In this document: in pieces, positions 8,901-17,446 of the stretch
Position numbering within the stretch: the stretch's first letter is position 1
How the letters are laid out: each line of letters opens with the position of its first letter
Source of the DNA: Verrucomicrobiota bacterium
GTDB taxonomy: Bacteria > Verrucomicrobiota > Verrucomicrobiia > Limisphaerales > JAFGQR01
Assembly (NCBI GenBank): GCA_016935555.1
Contig: JAFGQR010000022.1
Location: forward strand, 15,415-79,414
Direction: 5' to 3'
DNA length: 64,000 bases
Notes under the pieces: generated by a model
Seen by the model: the letters and a program-made list of their open reading frames with translations, nothing else
What the model was told of the DNA's origin: nothing
Databases searched by the model: none
Position numbers and translations under genes: made by a program

Positions 8901-11394
8901 CGCTGCCGTCCCGGGCAGTCATCAGCAGCGCCACGTCGTCGGGCCGGCCACGGTGCCACCGGGTGTCCGGCTCGGTCGTCAACAGGTCGGGCACCGTCGC
9001 CACCGGCAGGTTGGGCCACCCCGCCGCGTCCGCCAGAGCCTTCAGGGCAGCCGCCAGCCGCGGACTCGCCAGGACGAGCTGCGCCTGGCTCACTTGGGCG
9101 GCGCGGATGAGTTTGCTGACGGCGTCTTCGGCCGGGTCGCCGCTGTCGGCCGCCGCGACCGGCACGGGAACGAATCCGCCGAGGATGCACCCCCAGAACG
9201 CCGCGACGAACTCGGCCTGGCGGTCGAGTTGAAAGAGGATTTTGTCCTGCGGCTTCAATCCCAGCCGGCGCAGTCCGCCCAGCATCCGCTGGGACTGGTC
9301 GAGCAGCGTTCCATAGGTCATCGCCAGCTCCGTTCCAGCCGCCTCCAAAAACACGAGCCGGTGCGTGGACTCATACGCCGCCCGCGACAGGACGTCCGCC
9401 AGCAACTGCGGCGCATTGGGCGCCACGCGCAGTTCCCCGCCGTCGGCTAGGGCGGGTTTCAGCACGGCACCGGTTCCGGAGGATTCGGAATCTGTCGCCG
9501 TCTCAGGCGCGAGCGTGTCTCGGGAGGTCTCGTGGAAGCCCTGCCGCGGGGGCGGAACGGGATCGGGTTCGGGGCCGGGATTGGGGGGGATGGGCATTTC
9601 GGGGGCGAGCAGGCGCGTGATGTGCAGGGCGGGCAGGGGAGGGAGGCGGTGTTCGACGGCCACGGCCACCTCGCGGATTCCGGGCACGCTGCGGAGGGCG
9701 GCTTCCCACCGGCGGCACAATTCCTCGTCGAGCACGGGCAGGGCGCGCAGCGCGGCCTCGTCGACTTGGCCGTCGGGGGTCAGAGGAAGGGCGCTGAGGG
9801 GCACCCAGGCGCTGGGCCGCTGGGCGGGGGGCAGACGCTGGCGGAGCCGGGCCACGCACGGTTCGAACGCCGCGGGCGTGCTGGGGACGACATAAGCGGC
9901 GAGTTCGACGCGGCCCTGCGCGGCCTGTTTGGCGAGCACCGCGCACTCAGCGATGTCGGGATCGTCCTGCAAAGCGGCGGCGACGGCGGCGGCTTGCGGT
10001 TCGGGTTGCCAGGAGGGCAATGCGCCCAACGGGGCATCGGGAGATGCCGCCACCTGCTGGAGGAGGTCCAGAAACCGATCCCGCATCAGGCTGGCGCTGG
10101 AGGCGGCAAACAGGTCGGTGGCGCAGGTCAAACACGCCTCGAGCGCGCCGCGGCTTTCCGTCAACTCGAGCGTCAGATCCAACAAGGTCGCCACGCGGTC
10201 GCCGGGTTCGACCCAGAGCGCGACGCCGCCCATCTCTGCGAAAGGCGCGCCGGCGTTATGGAGGGCGAACATGACCTGAACCAGCGGCGATTGGCCCGAT
10301 GGCGGCTCCGGCGCGAGATCCTGGACGACGCGCTCAAAGGGGAGGTCCTGGTGGGCGAAGGCGGCGAGGGCGGTGCGGCGGGTGCGTTGCACCAACTGGC
10401 GGAACGTGGGCGAGCCGGTCAAGTCCGCCCGCAATGCCAACGTGTTGACAAAGCGCCCGATCAACGGCTCCGTCTCCGCCCAGGGCCTGCCGGCGACCGG
10501 GGTGCCGACGGCGAAATCGGCCTGGCCGGTGCTGCGATGCAGAAAGGCGTTGAAGGCCGCCAGCAGGGTCATGAACAGCGTTGCATCCTCCTGCCGCCCG
10601 ACCGCCGCCAGCGCCGCCACCGGCGCCTGGGGCAGCGCGAACCGCAGGGCCGCGCCCTGTCGGATGGGCGTGCGAGGGCCCGGATGGTCGGCGGGCAGGT
10701 CCAGAGGCGGCACGGGACCGGCGAGGTGCTCTCTCCAAAAAGCCAGTTGTTGACCGGCGGACTCGGACTCCAGCCACGCGCGTTGCCAGGCGGCGAAGTC
10801 GGCGTATTGGATGGGGAGAGGCGGCAGCACGGGGGCGAGTCGTCTGACGCGGGCCGAGTAGGCGGTTCGGAGTTCGCGCCACAGGACGGCGAGAGACCAC
10901 GCGTCGCCGGCGATGTGGTGCAGCGTGAGGAGGAGCCAATGGCAAGTGGGATCCCGGCGCACGAGGCGGGCGCGGAGCACCGAGTCCCGCGACAGATCGA
11001 ACGGGCGCAGGGCTTCTTCGCGGGCCAGGGCCAGGGCGGCGGCCTCGCGGTCGCCGCGGGGCAGCGGGCTCAGATCGGAGGTGGCCAGTTCCACGGGCCG
11101 CGAGGGGTGAACGAACTGGCGGGGCTCTCCCTCGCAAGCGGCGTAGGTGGTTCGCAGGATTTCGTGGCGTGCGACAATATCGTTCAGGGCGGCTTGGAGC
11201 GCCGAATCGTCGAGGGGCCCGGTGAGGCGGACCGTCTCAGCCAGGTTGCAGCCGCAGCTGACGGTTTCGAGTGGATGGAGCAACCAGAGCCGCTGCTGTG
11301 CGGAGGAGAGGGCCAGCGGTTCGTGGCGGCGAAGGGTGGGGATGGGCTGGGATTGCCAGCCGTCACGAAGTTGAGCAGCAACGTGATGCGACAT
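2959..11394 (-). CDS. NRPS-like protein C-pseudoAsub-A(keto-acid type)-KR-C-A with degenerate catalytic motifs, no intact T or TE domain
   Basis: C1: SSAQQRLW, HHIAGDAWS. A1: NWMPLDHAAGII, WGMVET, FDTGD. KR: SGALGGVG, FSS, YAAAN. C2: RHQPLRT, HRVICDGWS. A2: LKAGGAYLPLDP, NAYGPPE, RIELAEIE. No GGxS phosphopantetheine motif seen. Confidence 0.9.
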   Translation of the reverse strand: MSHHVAAQLRDGWQSQPIPTLRRHEPLALSSAQQRLWLLHPLETVSCGCNLAETVRLTGPLDDSALQAALNDIVARHEILRTTYAACEGEPRQFVHPSRPVELATSDLSPLPRGDREAAALALAREEALRPFDLSRDSVLRARLVRRDPTCHWLLLTLHHIAGDAWSLAVLWRELRTAYSARVRRLAPVLPPLPIQYADFAAWQRAWLESESAGQQLAFWREHLAGPVPPLDLPADHPGPRTPIRQGAALRFALPQAPVAALAAVGRQEDATLFMTLLAAFNAFLHRSTGQADFAVGTPVAGRPWAETEPLIGRFVNTLALRADLTGSPTFRQLVQRTRRTALAAFAHQDLPFERVVQDLAPEPPSGQSPLVQVMFALHNAGAPFAEMGGVALWVEPGDRVATLLDLTLELTESRGALEACLTCATDLFAASSASLMRDRFLDLLQQVAASPDAPLGALPSWQPEPQAAAVAAALQDDPDIAECAVLAKQAAQGRVELAAYVVPSTPAAFEPCVARLRQRLPPAQRPSAWVPLSALPLTPDGQVDEAALRALPVLDEELCRRWEAALRSVPGIREVAVAVEHRLPPLPALHITRLLAPEMPIPPNPGPEPDPVPPPRQGFHETSRDTLAPETATDSESSGTGAVLKPALADGGELRVAPNAPQLLADVLSRAAYESTHRLVFLEAAGTELAMTYGTLLDQSQRMLGGLRRLGLKPQDKILFQLDRQAEFVAAFWGCILGGFVPVPVAAADSGDPAEDAVSKLIRAAQVSQAQLVLASPRLAAALKALADAAGWPNLPVATVPDLLTTEPDTRWHRGRPDDVALLMTARDGSGLPRLVMLSHRNLISRTLGCVQLNGLTADDVSLNWMPLDHAAGIIDFHLRDTHVQCQQIHAPPTLVLEHPLQWLDWLETYRVTVTFGSNTAFGLVNDCAAALAEHRWDLSRLRYVLCGGETIVTRTARRFLQLLQPHGLRAMHPVWGMVETGSSTTCSHRFTLETSRDDDPFVEVGAPIPGNALRIAAGDGRVVGEGVIGRVQIRGLTVTRGYYGQPELNRNAFTPDGWFDTGDVGRIRDGRLTVTGHAEERLVIQGVPCHSREIEAAAEQVPGLQPGFTAACAVRMPHAHADTLAVFFAPASRNPHDWPPLARNIRSRVLQQTGATPAVVIPLGPGDLPKTPPGQTGRAQLKTRFERGDFDATRQQMDVLAANANTVPDWFFKRVWIRKNPRPSCIAPGAGAHAGARASAACAEADPGVMPGAGRSAVRAPAGGQAGCAVVFAGNLAVGQAVAQHLPIPTLVVEPGHTYHQVRPGHVRLDPRAPDHYAQLVSSLGAAGHPVRGIVHLWTCTQAATPGLVGGLTGDQALDAQDLGAVSILLLAQALARHQDHSMPVRLLAVSTAVQPVSQNDPRNCLHAGMLGLLKSIPQELPWLQCAHIDLPDAEADEDGAAGVRTLAGIVGAEWRSPCADAEVAYRQGARWVPELRRVAFEEPAAASAFRPQGCYLVSGALGGVGQELARHLLQKYGARLVLTDRLSKTEAAAALRTMAVLGGEVIYGQADVADESQLEAAAAQARRRWQCGLDGVLHLAGLAPERPLLAETRETFRATLRPKLGGAVALQRLLHRHPGAFFVGFSSVNAFFGEPGYAAYAAANRFLDSFVLAEQRHGRRRAACIHWSMWRDLGMNRRYPRAASAQARGFLPASAHRGLQSLEILLAHQHPSALVGLDASHPLIRQAAPDPALSTPFLQGSYTASHHLPPASLELPALPDRFGVPTQCRLLQRPAPLTTPDGQIPQNDRAPTPRQTPCPNPEAAPAAMPAAAPAPPPHGEFPASFAQEALCLPHCSSPGTPVPNIPWVVRLRGPLNVAALEQSFRELVRRHQPLRTTFRLDGERVVQRVAPVGRRSRFKLDVVRAAREADAVPWAAEFVRRPFDVARGPLFRAGLLRLAEDDHVLAVSLHRVICDGWSRGILAGELGRLYARLSAGAAPDLAPLALHYTDWVLAQRQQAQDSGWAAALEYWRGQLQGELPPLDLPTRQPRPAVLTCDGRSLSRRLPAPLVTALTALAEREGATLFMVLLAGFKALLHRYCHQDDIAVGTPVANRPRPETQGLIGLFANTLVLRTRLSGDLGFRELLRRERSVALDASAHAELPFEPLVAALNPRRDPGPSPLLRVLFAFENLTHEDPLLPGLTVSPCTVEVGTAMADLACRLRQEGDALSVTLEYKTDLFEADFIGRMLGHYQTLLDGACAQPDQGLARLPLLTPEERDQILIEWNATDQARPKDRCLHQLVESQAAQTPGAIAVEMGARRLTYRDLNTRADQLARRLQNQGVGPDTLVAVHLERSPEMVVALLAILKAGGAYLPLDPALPRERLAFMLADSGAPLLLTERPLQQRLHLPAPHALCLEDCVVVTRRPEPGLPPPDTPFPRADTPGAARRGPCAGNLAYVLYTPGSNGKSNGVMIPHRAVVNFLGAAQSLLSVRPDDVLLAIAALSLDIAGLEIFLPLANGARIAIASRDDALDGRRLDALIRAHGVTLMQASPDTWRRLLQAGWAGHASLRALCSGGTCPPDLARRLLERVGALWNAYGPPETTIASALHPVRSPETPVPIGRPLANTQFYLLDAAMQPVPVGVPGELFIGGDGLARGYWNRPELTRERFVPNPFRGEPDAQLCRTGDHARYRSDGTLDCLGRHDRQVEWQGHRIELAEIETALAQHPEVRQTAVVAHVNPTGDTRLVAYAVPAPGTAPAAAELRELARRHLPEYMVPAQVVIVPTLPLAPNGNVDTRALPAPASGRPHTTHGLVALRDPIETQPASL

Positions 11395-11513
11395 CGCTTT
11401 AGGGCTGACGCCAAACGGCTTCAGCGGCGGGGACCTGCCTTTCGCGGGCGCAGAATCCCCCTAGTACATCGTCAGCCCGGCACGAAACTGTTGTCGCCTC
11501 CAACTGGCGCTCC

Positions 11514-12668
11514 TCACAGGGCGCGTTCGAGGATTTCGCAAAGGTCGTCCGCCTCAAGCGGCAGGGGATTGGCTTTCATGCTGCTGGCGCCGCTTGCCAG
11601 CTCGCAGAGGCGGCTCATGTGGGCTGCCGACACCCCATAAGCGCGCAATGGGGGAATGCTCATGGCCGCACCAAGGTCTCGCACCCAGGCGATGCCCTCT
11701 GCGCTCGACGCGCCGGCGTTGCCGGTCAGCAGGCGCGCCACTTCGGCGTAGCGTTCCAGCGCGGGGTTGTCGGGTTGGCGCTGCCGAAGGCCGCGCACGT
11801 TCACGTCCATGACCACTGCCAGTAACGCGGCGCACACGGCGCCGTGCGGCGCCTCGAAGCTGCCCCCGATGGGCGCCGCAAAGCCGTGCACGGCGCCAAG
11901 CCCCGCGTGGGCGAGTGCGAACCCGCTGAAGAGGCTGGCCAAGGCCATGTCTTCCCGCGCGGCGGCGTTCTGTCCGTCGTCAAACGCGGCTTTCAACGAT
12001 CGCGCCACCCGCGGGATGGCCTCCCGGCACAACGCATCGGCAAACGGATTCGCCCGGCGGCACACATACGCCTCGATCAGCTGGGTCAATGCATCCAAAC
12101 CCGTCGCCGCCGTCAGCGATGGCGGCAGCGTCCGCGTCAGCTCCGGGTCCACCACGGCCAGCCGCGCCGGCAGCAGCGGGCTGCGCAGGCTTGCTTTGAC
12201 GCCATGCTCCGGCGATGCCAGGACCGCGTTTCGCGTCACTTCAGCACCCGTGCCCGCCGTCGTGGGAATGGCCATCCAAGGCGCAGGCGGCTTCAACAGG
12301 GGTTGGGCGCGTCCGACAATTTCAAGGTAATCGAGGAGATCTCCGGAATTGGTCAGCAACCCGGCAACCGCCTTGGCGGCGTCAATGACGCTGCCGCCGC
12401 CATACCCCACGACCATGTCGCATCGGCTTGTTTTCGCCTCGGCGATGGCGCGCTGGACCAGGGCGATGGTGGGTTCGCCCGTCACGCCAAACCGAACCGC
12501 CTCCACCTTGGCTTCCTCCATGATGGCACTCAATGGCCCGAGCCGGCTCGCATCCCGCCCGCACACCACCAATGCCCGGCGACCCAACCCGCGCATCAGC
12601 GGCGCCGCCTCGCGGATTGTCCCGGGCCCGAACAGGATTCGGGTCGGGATGGCGATTTCAAAGTGCAT
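11514..12668 (-). CDS. Iron-containing alcohol dehydrogenase
   Basis: GGGSVIDAAKA, IPTTAGTGAEVT, GLDALTQLIEAY, GLGAVHG and PHG motifs. Start at ATG 12668 (MHFEIAIP). Confidence 0.93.
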   Translation of the reverse strand: MHFEIAIPTRILFGPGTIREAAPLMRGLGRRALVVCGRDASRLGPLSAIMEEAKVEAVRFGVTGEPTIALVQRAIAEAKTSRCDMVVGYGGGSVIDAAKAVAGLLTNSGDLLDYLEIVGRAQPLLKPPAPWMAIPTTAGTGAEVTRNAVLASPEHGVKASLRSPLLPARLAVVDPELTRTLPPSLTAATGLDALTQLIEAYVCRRANPFADALCREAIPRVARSLKAAFDDGQNAAAREDMALASLFSGFALAHAGLGAVHGFAAPIGGSFEAPHGAVCAALLAVVMDVNVRGLRQRQPDNPALERYAEVARLLTGNAGASSAEGIAWVRDLGAAMSIPPLRAYGVSAAHMSRLCELASGASSMKANPLPLEADDLCEILERAL

Positions 12669-12854
12669 CAGGTTGCGATCGGCCGCATGCCGCACACGGC
12701 CGCAAGCGCGTTGCGGGCCGCCCGCTGCCGTTGTCAGCGGCACTGCACCCGGCTTGGCAAGGCGCGCAACAGCCTGGCGGCATCTTGCTTTTTCGACGGC
12801 CGCCGAGGGCGGCCATGGAGGGTGGGGCAGTAGGGCAGCGACGTTATGCGCTGC

Positions 12855-13964
12855 TCAGGTGAGGCGCATGGGCATGACGACATAGAGGAATGGCCCGTTG
12901 ATTTTCAGGACGCCCGGGCTCAGCTCGTCGATAAGCTCGATGAATACCTCGTCCTCACTCAGTGCGGCAAGCGGTTCGATCATGTAGGCCGGGTTGAAGG
13001 CAATGGCCATATCCTTGCCCTTGTAATTGATCGCCATGCTCTCCCGAGCCTCGCCGACTTCCGGCGAATTGGCCGTGATGGCGAGGTTGTTTTTCGTGAA
13101 CGTCAACCTGACCGAGTTCTGCTTCTCGCTGGTCATGATTTCGGCGCGCTTCAACGCGTGCATGAGTTCCTCGCGCGAGACGGCAATACGCTCTTTGGTC
13201 TCAGCCGGGATCACTTGCCGGTAGTTGGGGTATGTGCCCTCGATCAGTTTGGTGACCAACTGGATCTGCGGCCCTTTTTCCTGCCTCAGATCGAACGAGG
13301 CCTGGTTTTCCGAGAAGACAATCTCGACCTCTCCCGTATCGCTCAGGAGCCGGCCGAGTTCGGCCACGGCCTTCGCAGGGACGATGCAATCGCCCTGGCT
13401 CTTCTCGGTAACGTCGACATCCTCCTCGGCAAGCGCAAGGCGGCGGCCATCCGTAGCCACCATGATCAGCTTGTGCTCCCTGAGGCTGATGAAAATCCCG
13501 TTCAACACATAGCGGGATTCGTCCGCGGAAATTGCAAACGACGTCTTCTTCAGCATCCCCTTGAGTCTGTCCTGCGCAATGGTGAATTTCCTATCCTCCT
13601 TGGGCTTGGGCAGCGGCGGGAACTCCTCCGCACCCAGGCCGCGGATTTTGAAAAACGACGCGCCGGCCCGCAGGCTGGTGACATTCTTGTCGTCGACATC
13701 GAGTTCCAGTTCAAGATTGGCCAGTTCACGTGCGATGCTCCAGATCTTTTTGACGGGCATGGTGGTGGTGCCGGCGCGCTTGACGGCCGCTTCCACCGAA
13801 CACGTCACTGTCACATCCAGATCCGTCGCGGTCAGCTCCAGTCGGTTTTCCTGCGTCCGCAGCAACACGTTGGACAAAATCGGCAGAGTCGTCCGGGTGC
13901 TGACCACGTTTTGAACGGATTGAAGCCCGTTCAACATTTGCTCTTTCGAGATGACAAGGTTCAT
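12855..13964 (-). CDS. dnaN: DNA polymerase III beta sliding clamp
   Basis: TLPILSNVL, ATDLD, SRYVLNG, VATDGRRLA, EGTYPNY and C-terminal VVMPMR. Confidence 0.98.
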   Translation of the reverse strand: MNLVISKEQMLNGLQSVQNVVSTRTTLPILSNVLLRTQENRLELTATDLDVTVTCSVEAAVKRAGTTTMPVKKIWSIARELANLELELDVDDKNVTSLRAGASFFKIRGLGAEEFPPLPKPKEDRKFTIAQDRLKGMLKKTSFAISADESRYVLNGIFISLREHKLIMVATDGRRLALAEEDVDVTEKSQGDCIVPAKAVAELGRLLSDTGEVEIVFSENQASFDLRQEKGPQIQLVTKLIEGTYPNYRQVIPAETKERIAVSREELMHALKRAEIMTSEKQNSVRLTFTKNNLAITANSPEVGEARESMAINYKGKDMAIAFNPAYMIEPLAALSEDEVFIELIDELSPGVLKINGPFLYVVMPMRLT

Positions 13965-14368
13965 CGAGTGTTACTTTGACGGCCTTCCGTACATGCTTCC
14001 AGACTCTTAATAGGCAGTGTCAATAGGGGAAACAACCGATGCTGTCAAGGCTATGCCAACGATTTAGCCGTGCCCTGGTCTGTGAACAACTCCACTAATA
14101 AAGGCGTGCTTTCGCGGAAAAGTGCGTGTTGTGCGCTAGTCCCACAAATTGTTCCATGCGTCTTCGATAATGTCTGAAAGGGTTGTTCCCATGCTGGGCG
14201 AGGCCATCCCATGGCACTACTGAGAGGCGGGTATGGTGTGTCAATATGGCGCGGGATTTGGACGAACGCCAAGTCCAGAGCGCCCGCAAGGCTGCGCCGT
14301 GCACCGGGTGCAGCCATGTCGGCTGCTTCGCGCTTGCCGCGGGTTATGGATCCTTTAGGTTAGGGCAC

Positions 14369-15070
14369 ATGTTGAAGCCGAGAGATCTATTCGACCTGCA
14401 GCAAACGGACCATGGCGCATTATTTGACGGGTGCGAATATGCCTGGGACGCTTTAAAGCGGTTGAGGGCTTATGTGGAGGAGCACTTGGTGGCGGGACTG
14501 CGGAACCGTTGCGAGGGAAGCGCGTTCATCGGCGAGCGCGTGTTTATCGGGGAGGAGACTATTGTTGAGGATGGGGCGATGATTAAGGGTCCGGCGATCA
14601 TTGGCAGGAAGTGCCGGATTCGGCACAACGCGTATATCCGGGAGGATGTGATTGTTGGCGACGAATGCACGGTGGGCAACGCCTGTGAGCTGAAGCACAG
14701 CCTGCTGTTCAACGGCGCTGAAGTGCCGCATTTCAATTATGTCGGCGATTCGATCCTTGGTCACGAGGCGCATTTGGGGGCGGGCGTGAAGATTTCAAAC
14801 CTGAAAGTTGTTCCTGGGAACGTCGTGGTGGAGTTGGACGGCCGCGTGTGGGACACGGGCTTGCGAAAGTTCGGGGCGTTATTGGGGGACGGATCGGATG
14901 TGGGTTGCAACGCCGTGCTCAACCCCGGCAGCATTATCGGTCCCGGGTCAATCATCTACCCGTGCACGCACTGGCGCGGCATTCTGGCGCCGCGCATGAT
15001 TGCGAAAAACCAAGCTGCGATCCAGGTGGTCGCCAGGCAACCCCGCACTGAAACGCCGAGGCCGGAATGA
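14369..15070 (+). CDS. Hexapeptide-repeat acetyltransferase (stand-alone GlmU C-terminal-like domain)
   Basis: Left-handed beta-helix repeats, PHFNYVGDSILG, KFGALLGD, GCNAVLNPG. No N-terminal nucleotidyltransferase domain. Confidence 0.85.
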   Translation: MLKPRDLFDLQQTDHGALFDGCEYAWDALKRLRAYVEEHLVAGLRNRCEGSAFIGERVFIGEETIVEDGAMIKGPAIIGRKCRIRHNAYIREDVIVGDECTVGNACELKHSLLFNGAEVPHFNYVGDSILGHEAHLGAGVKISNLKVVPGNVVVELDGRVWDTGLRKFGALLGDGSDVGCNAVLNPGSIIGPGSIIYPCTHWRGILAPRMIAKNQAAIQVVARQPRTETPRPE

Positions 15071-15137
15071 CGTTGATGAGCGGCGGCCTTGCGCGGCGAG
15101 CCCGGGTGAGCGATCCTATGCGGCGGGAGGGTTCGTC

Positions 15138-17294
15138 ATGATCAGTGCCATCGACCCACAGCCGGCCGGCTCGGATTTGGTTACACAGGTGGAGGCCATG
15201 TTTTCTCCAAGCGGGCTGCTGTCGCGCTCGCCGAATTTCGAGTATCGGCCGCAGCAGCAGCAGATGGCGGTGGGGGTGGCGAGGGCGTTAGTGGGGGGGG
15301 GGGATTTGGCGGTGGAGGCGGGGACAGGGGTGGGGAAGAGTCTGGCGTACCTGATTCCAGCGATCCTATTCGCAACGGCGCAGCGCAAGAAGGCGGTGGT
15401 ATCGACGCACACCATCAACTTGCAGGAACAGCTGATCGACAAGGATCTGCCCATGCTGCAGCGGATCCTGCAGGTTCCGTTCAGGCATGCCATGCTCAAG
15501 GGACGCGCGAATTACCTGTGCACGCACCGCCTGCACAAGGCACTGCGCCATGCCGAGAGTCTCTTCACCTCACCTGAAATCGAGGAACTCAAACGCATCG
15601 CCCAATGGGCTGCTGAGACCCGGGATGGCAGCCTCTCCGACTTCGAGGTTGAGCCCGACATGAAGGTGTGGGCCAGCGTCTGCTCCGAACGCGGCCTTTG
15701 CTCCCCCAAGATCTGCGGACCCGGCTCCGAGTTTGCCAGAGACCACCCGGTGTGCTTTTTCCAGCGCGCGCGGCAGCGGATTCTGTCGGCCGACGTGCTT
15801 GTGCTGAACCACACGCTTTTTTTCACGCTGCTTGGGGCGGTCGAACAGTCCGTGAAAGGCGGCATTCTGTTCCGCAACGACTTTCTGATTTTCGACGAGG
15901 CCCACACGCTGGAACAGGTGGCGTCGCGGCACATTGGCCTGAGCCTGTCGCACGCGCAATTGCGCTTCACCCTGCAGCGGCTCTACAACCCGAACACCCA
16001 AAAAGGGCTTCTGGCCACCCTGCGCCGCGCGCGCGAAATCCCGCGGGTTGCCGAGGTGCTGGTCCACGCCGAAAGGTTCTTTGCCGAGGTGGAAGAGGCG
16101 TGCGAGGCGCTGCGTGCCCGGGGTCGCGGACGGCGTGCCGAGGGCGGGGATGGTGGCGGCGCTGAGAAGGGCCGGCAGTGGAGCGAATTACGGATTCGGC
16201 GGCCGGAGCTGGTCAGGGACGATGTGAGTTTGCCGCTGCAACGGGTTCGTGAAGCGGTGAGCGAGCTGGTGAAGAGCAGCGACGACGAGCAGACGGGCTT
16301 GGAATTGCTCGAGTGCAATCGCCGGCTGGGCGAGTTGCGCGACGGGATTGCGTTTTTCCTGAGCCAGGCCGCCGAAGACCATGTGTACTGGGTCGAACGC
16401 ACCGGACGCGCCCGGCGCAACCTCGCCCTGTGCGCCGCGCCCATCGATGTCGCCGGCTACCTGCGCCGGCGCTTGTTCGACAGCGACACCTCGGTGATCC
16501 TCACCAGCGCCACCCTCGCTGTCTCCAGCCCCTCAACCCACCCATCCCCAGGAGCCGGCCCCGGGGGTGTTCGCGCCAAAACCGGGGGCTCGCTCCCCGG
16601 GGCGCGGCGGTCGGGGGCGGGCACTCTGGATTATTTCGCGGGGCGGGTGGGGGCGGAGGCGGCGGTGCTGTTGCAGGTCGGGTCGCCCTTCAACTATGAG
16701 CGGCAGGTGAAGCTGTTCGTTGTCGCCCAAATGCCCGACCCGCGCTCCGCGGAGTATCGGGATGCGCTGCGTCATTGGATCGAACATTTTGTGATGCTGA
16801 CGCATGGCAAGGCGTTTGTGTTGTTCACGAATTTCAAGCTCATGCAGGAGATCGCCGGCCTCATGGAGCCGTTCTTCGAGCGGCTCGGTGTCGAATGCCT
16901 CGTCCAAGGCACCGGCACCCCGCGCTCGCTCATGCTGGAGAAGTTCAAGGAGAACATCGATTCGGTCCTGTTCGGCACGGACAGCTTCTGGCAGGGTGTG
17001 GATGTTCCTGGCGAAGCCCTGTCGAACGTCATCATCACACGCCTGCCCTTTGCCGTCCCCGATCACCCGCTTGTCGAGGCGCGCATCGAAGCCATCGAGG
17101 CCCGCGGTGGCAACTCGTTTGCCGAATTCTCCCTGCCCGAGGCCATCCTCAAGTTCCGACAGGGCATCGGCCGCCTCATCCGGCAGAAAACGGATCACGG
17201 CATCGTGGTTGTCCTGGACAACCGGGTTCTGACCAAGTCCTACGGCCAGGCCTTCCTCAGCGCCGCGCCCGCGTGTCCTGTCGAAATCGTCTGA
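15138..17294 (+). CDS. DinG/YoaA-family ATP-dependent DNA helicase
   Basis: Q motif (YRPQQ), EAGTGVGKSLAYL, KGRANYLC, FeS-type Cys cluster, DEAH, TSATL, FWQGVDVPG, QGIGRLIR. Confidence 0.95.
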   Translation: MISAIDPQPAGSDLVTQVEAMFSPSGLLSRSPNFEYRPQQQQMAVGVARALVGGGDLAVEAGTGVGKSLAYLIPAILFATAQRKKAVVSTHTINLQEQLIDKDLPMLQRILQVPFRHAMLKGRANYLCTHRLHKALRHAESLFTSPEIEELKRIAQWAAETRDGSLSDFEVEPDMKVWASVCSERGLCSPKICGPGSEFARDHPVCFFQRARQRILSADVLVLNHTLFFTLLGAVEQSVKGGILFRNDFLIFDEAHTLEQVASRHIGLSLSHAQLRFTLQRLYNPNTQKGLLATLRRAREIPRVAEVLVHAERFFAEVEEACEALRARGRGRRAEGGDGGGAEKGRQWSELRIRRPELVRDDVSLPLQRVREAVSELVKSSDDEQTGLELLECNRRLGELRDGIAFFLSQAAEDHVYWVERTGRARRNLALCAAPIDVAGYLRRRLFDSDTSVILTSATLAVSSPSTHPSPGAGPGGVRAKTGGSLPGARRSGAGTLDYFAGRVGAEAAVLLQVGSPFNYERQVKLFVVAQMPDPRSAEYRDALRHWIEHFVMLTHGKAFVLFTNFKLMQEIAGLMEPFFERLGVECLVQGTGTPRSLMLEKFKENIDSVLFGTDSFWQGVDVPGEALSNVIITRLPFAVPDHPLVEARIEAIEARGGNSFAEFSLPEAILKFRQGIGRLIRQKTDHGIVVVLDNRVLTKSYGQAFLSAAPACPVEIV

Positions 17295-17446
17295 CCGCAC
17301 CCCAGGCGATGCGTGTGTGGGCGCTTCGTGGGAACGCGGATCGGCCGGCGGCAATGGTGCTGCGGCCGCTGGCGGCCGCCGGGGATCTCGCGGCTTGATT
17401 TGTCCGTGCCAATCGGGTTGGCTTCACCCCGCAGGAACATTGTGCC

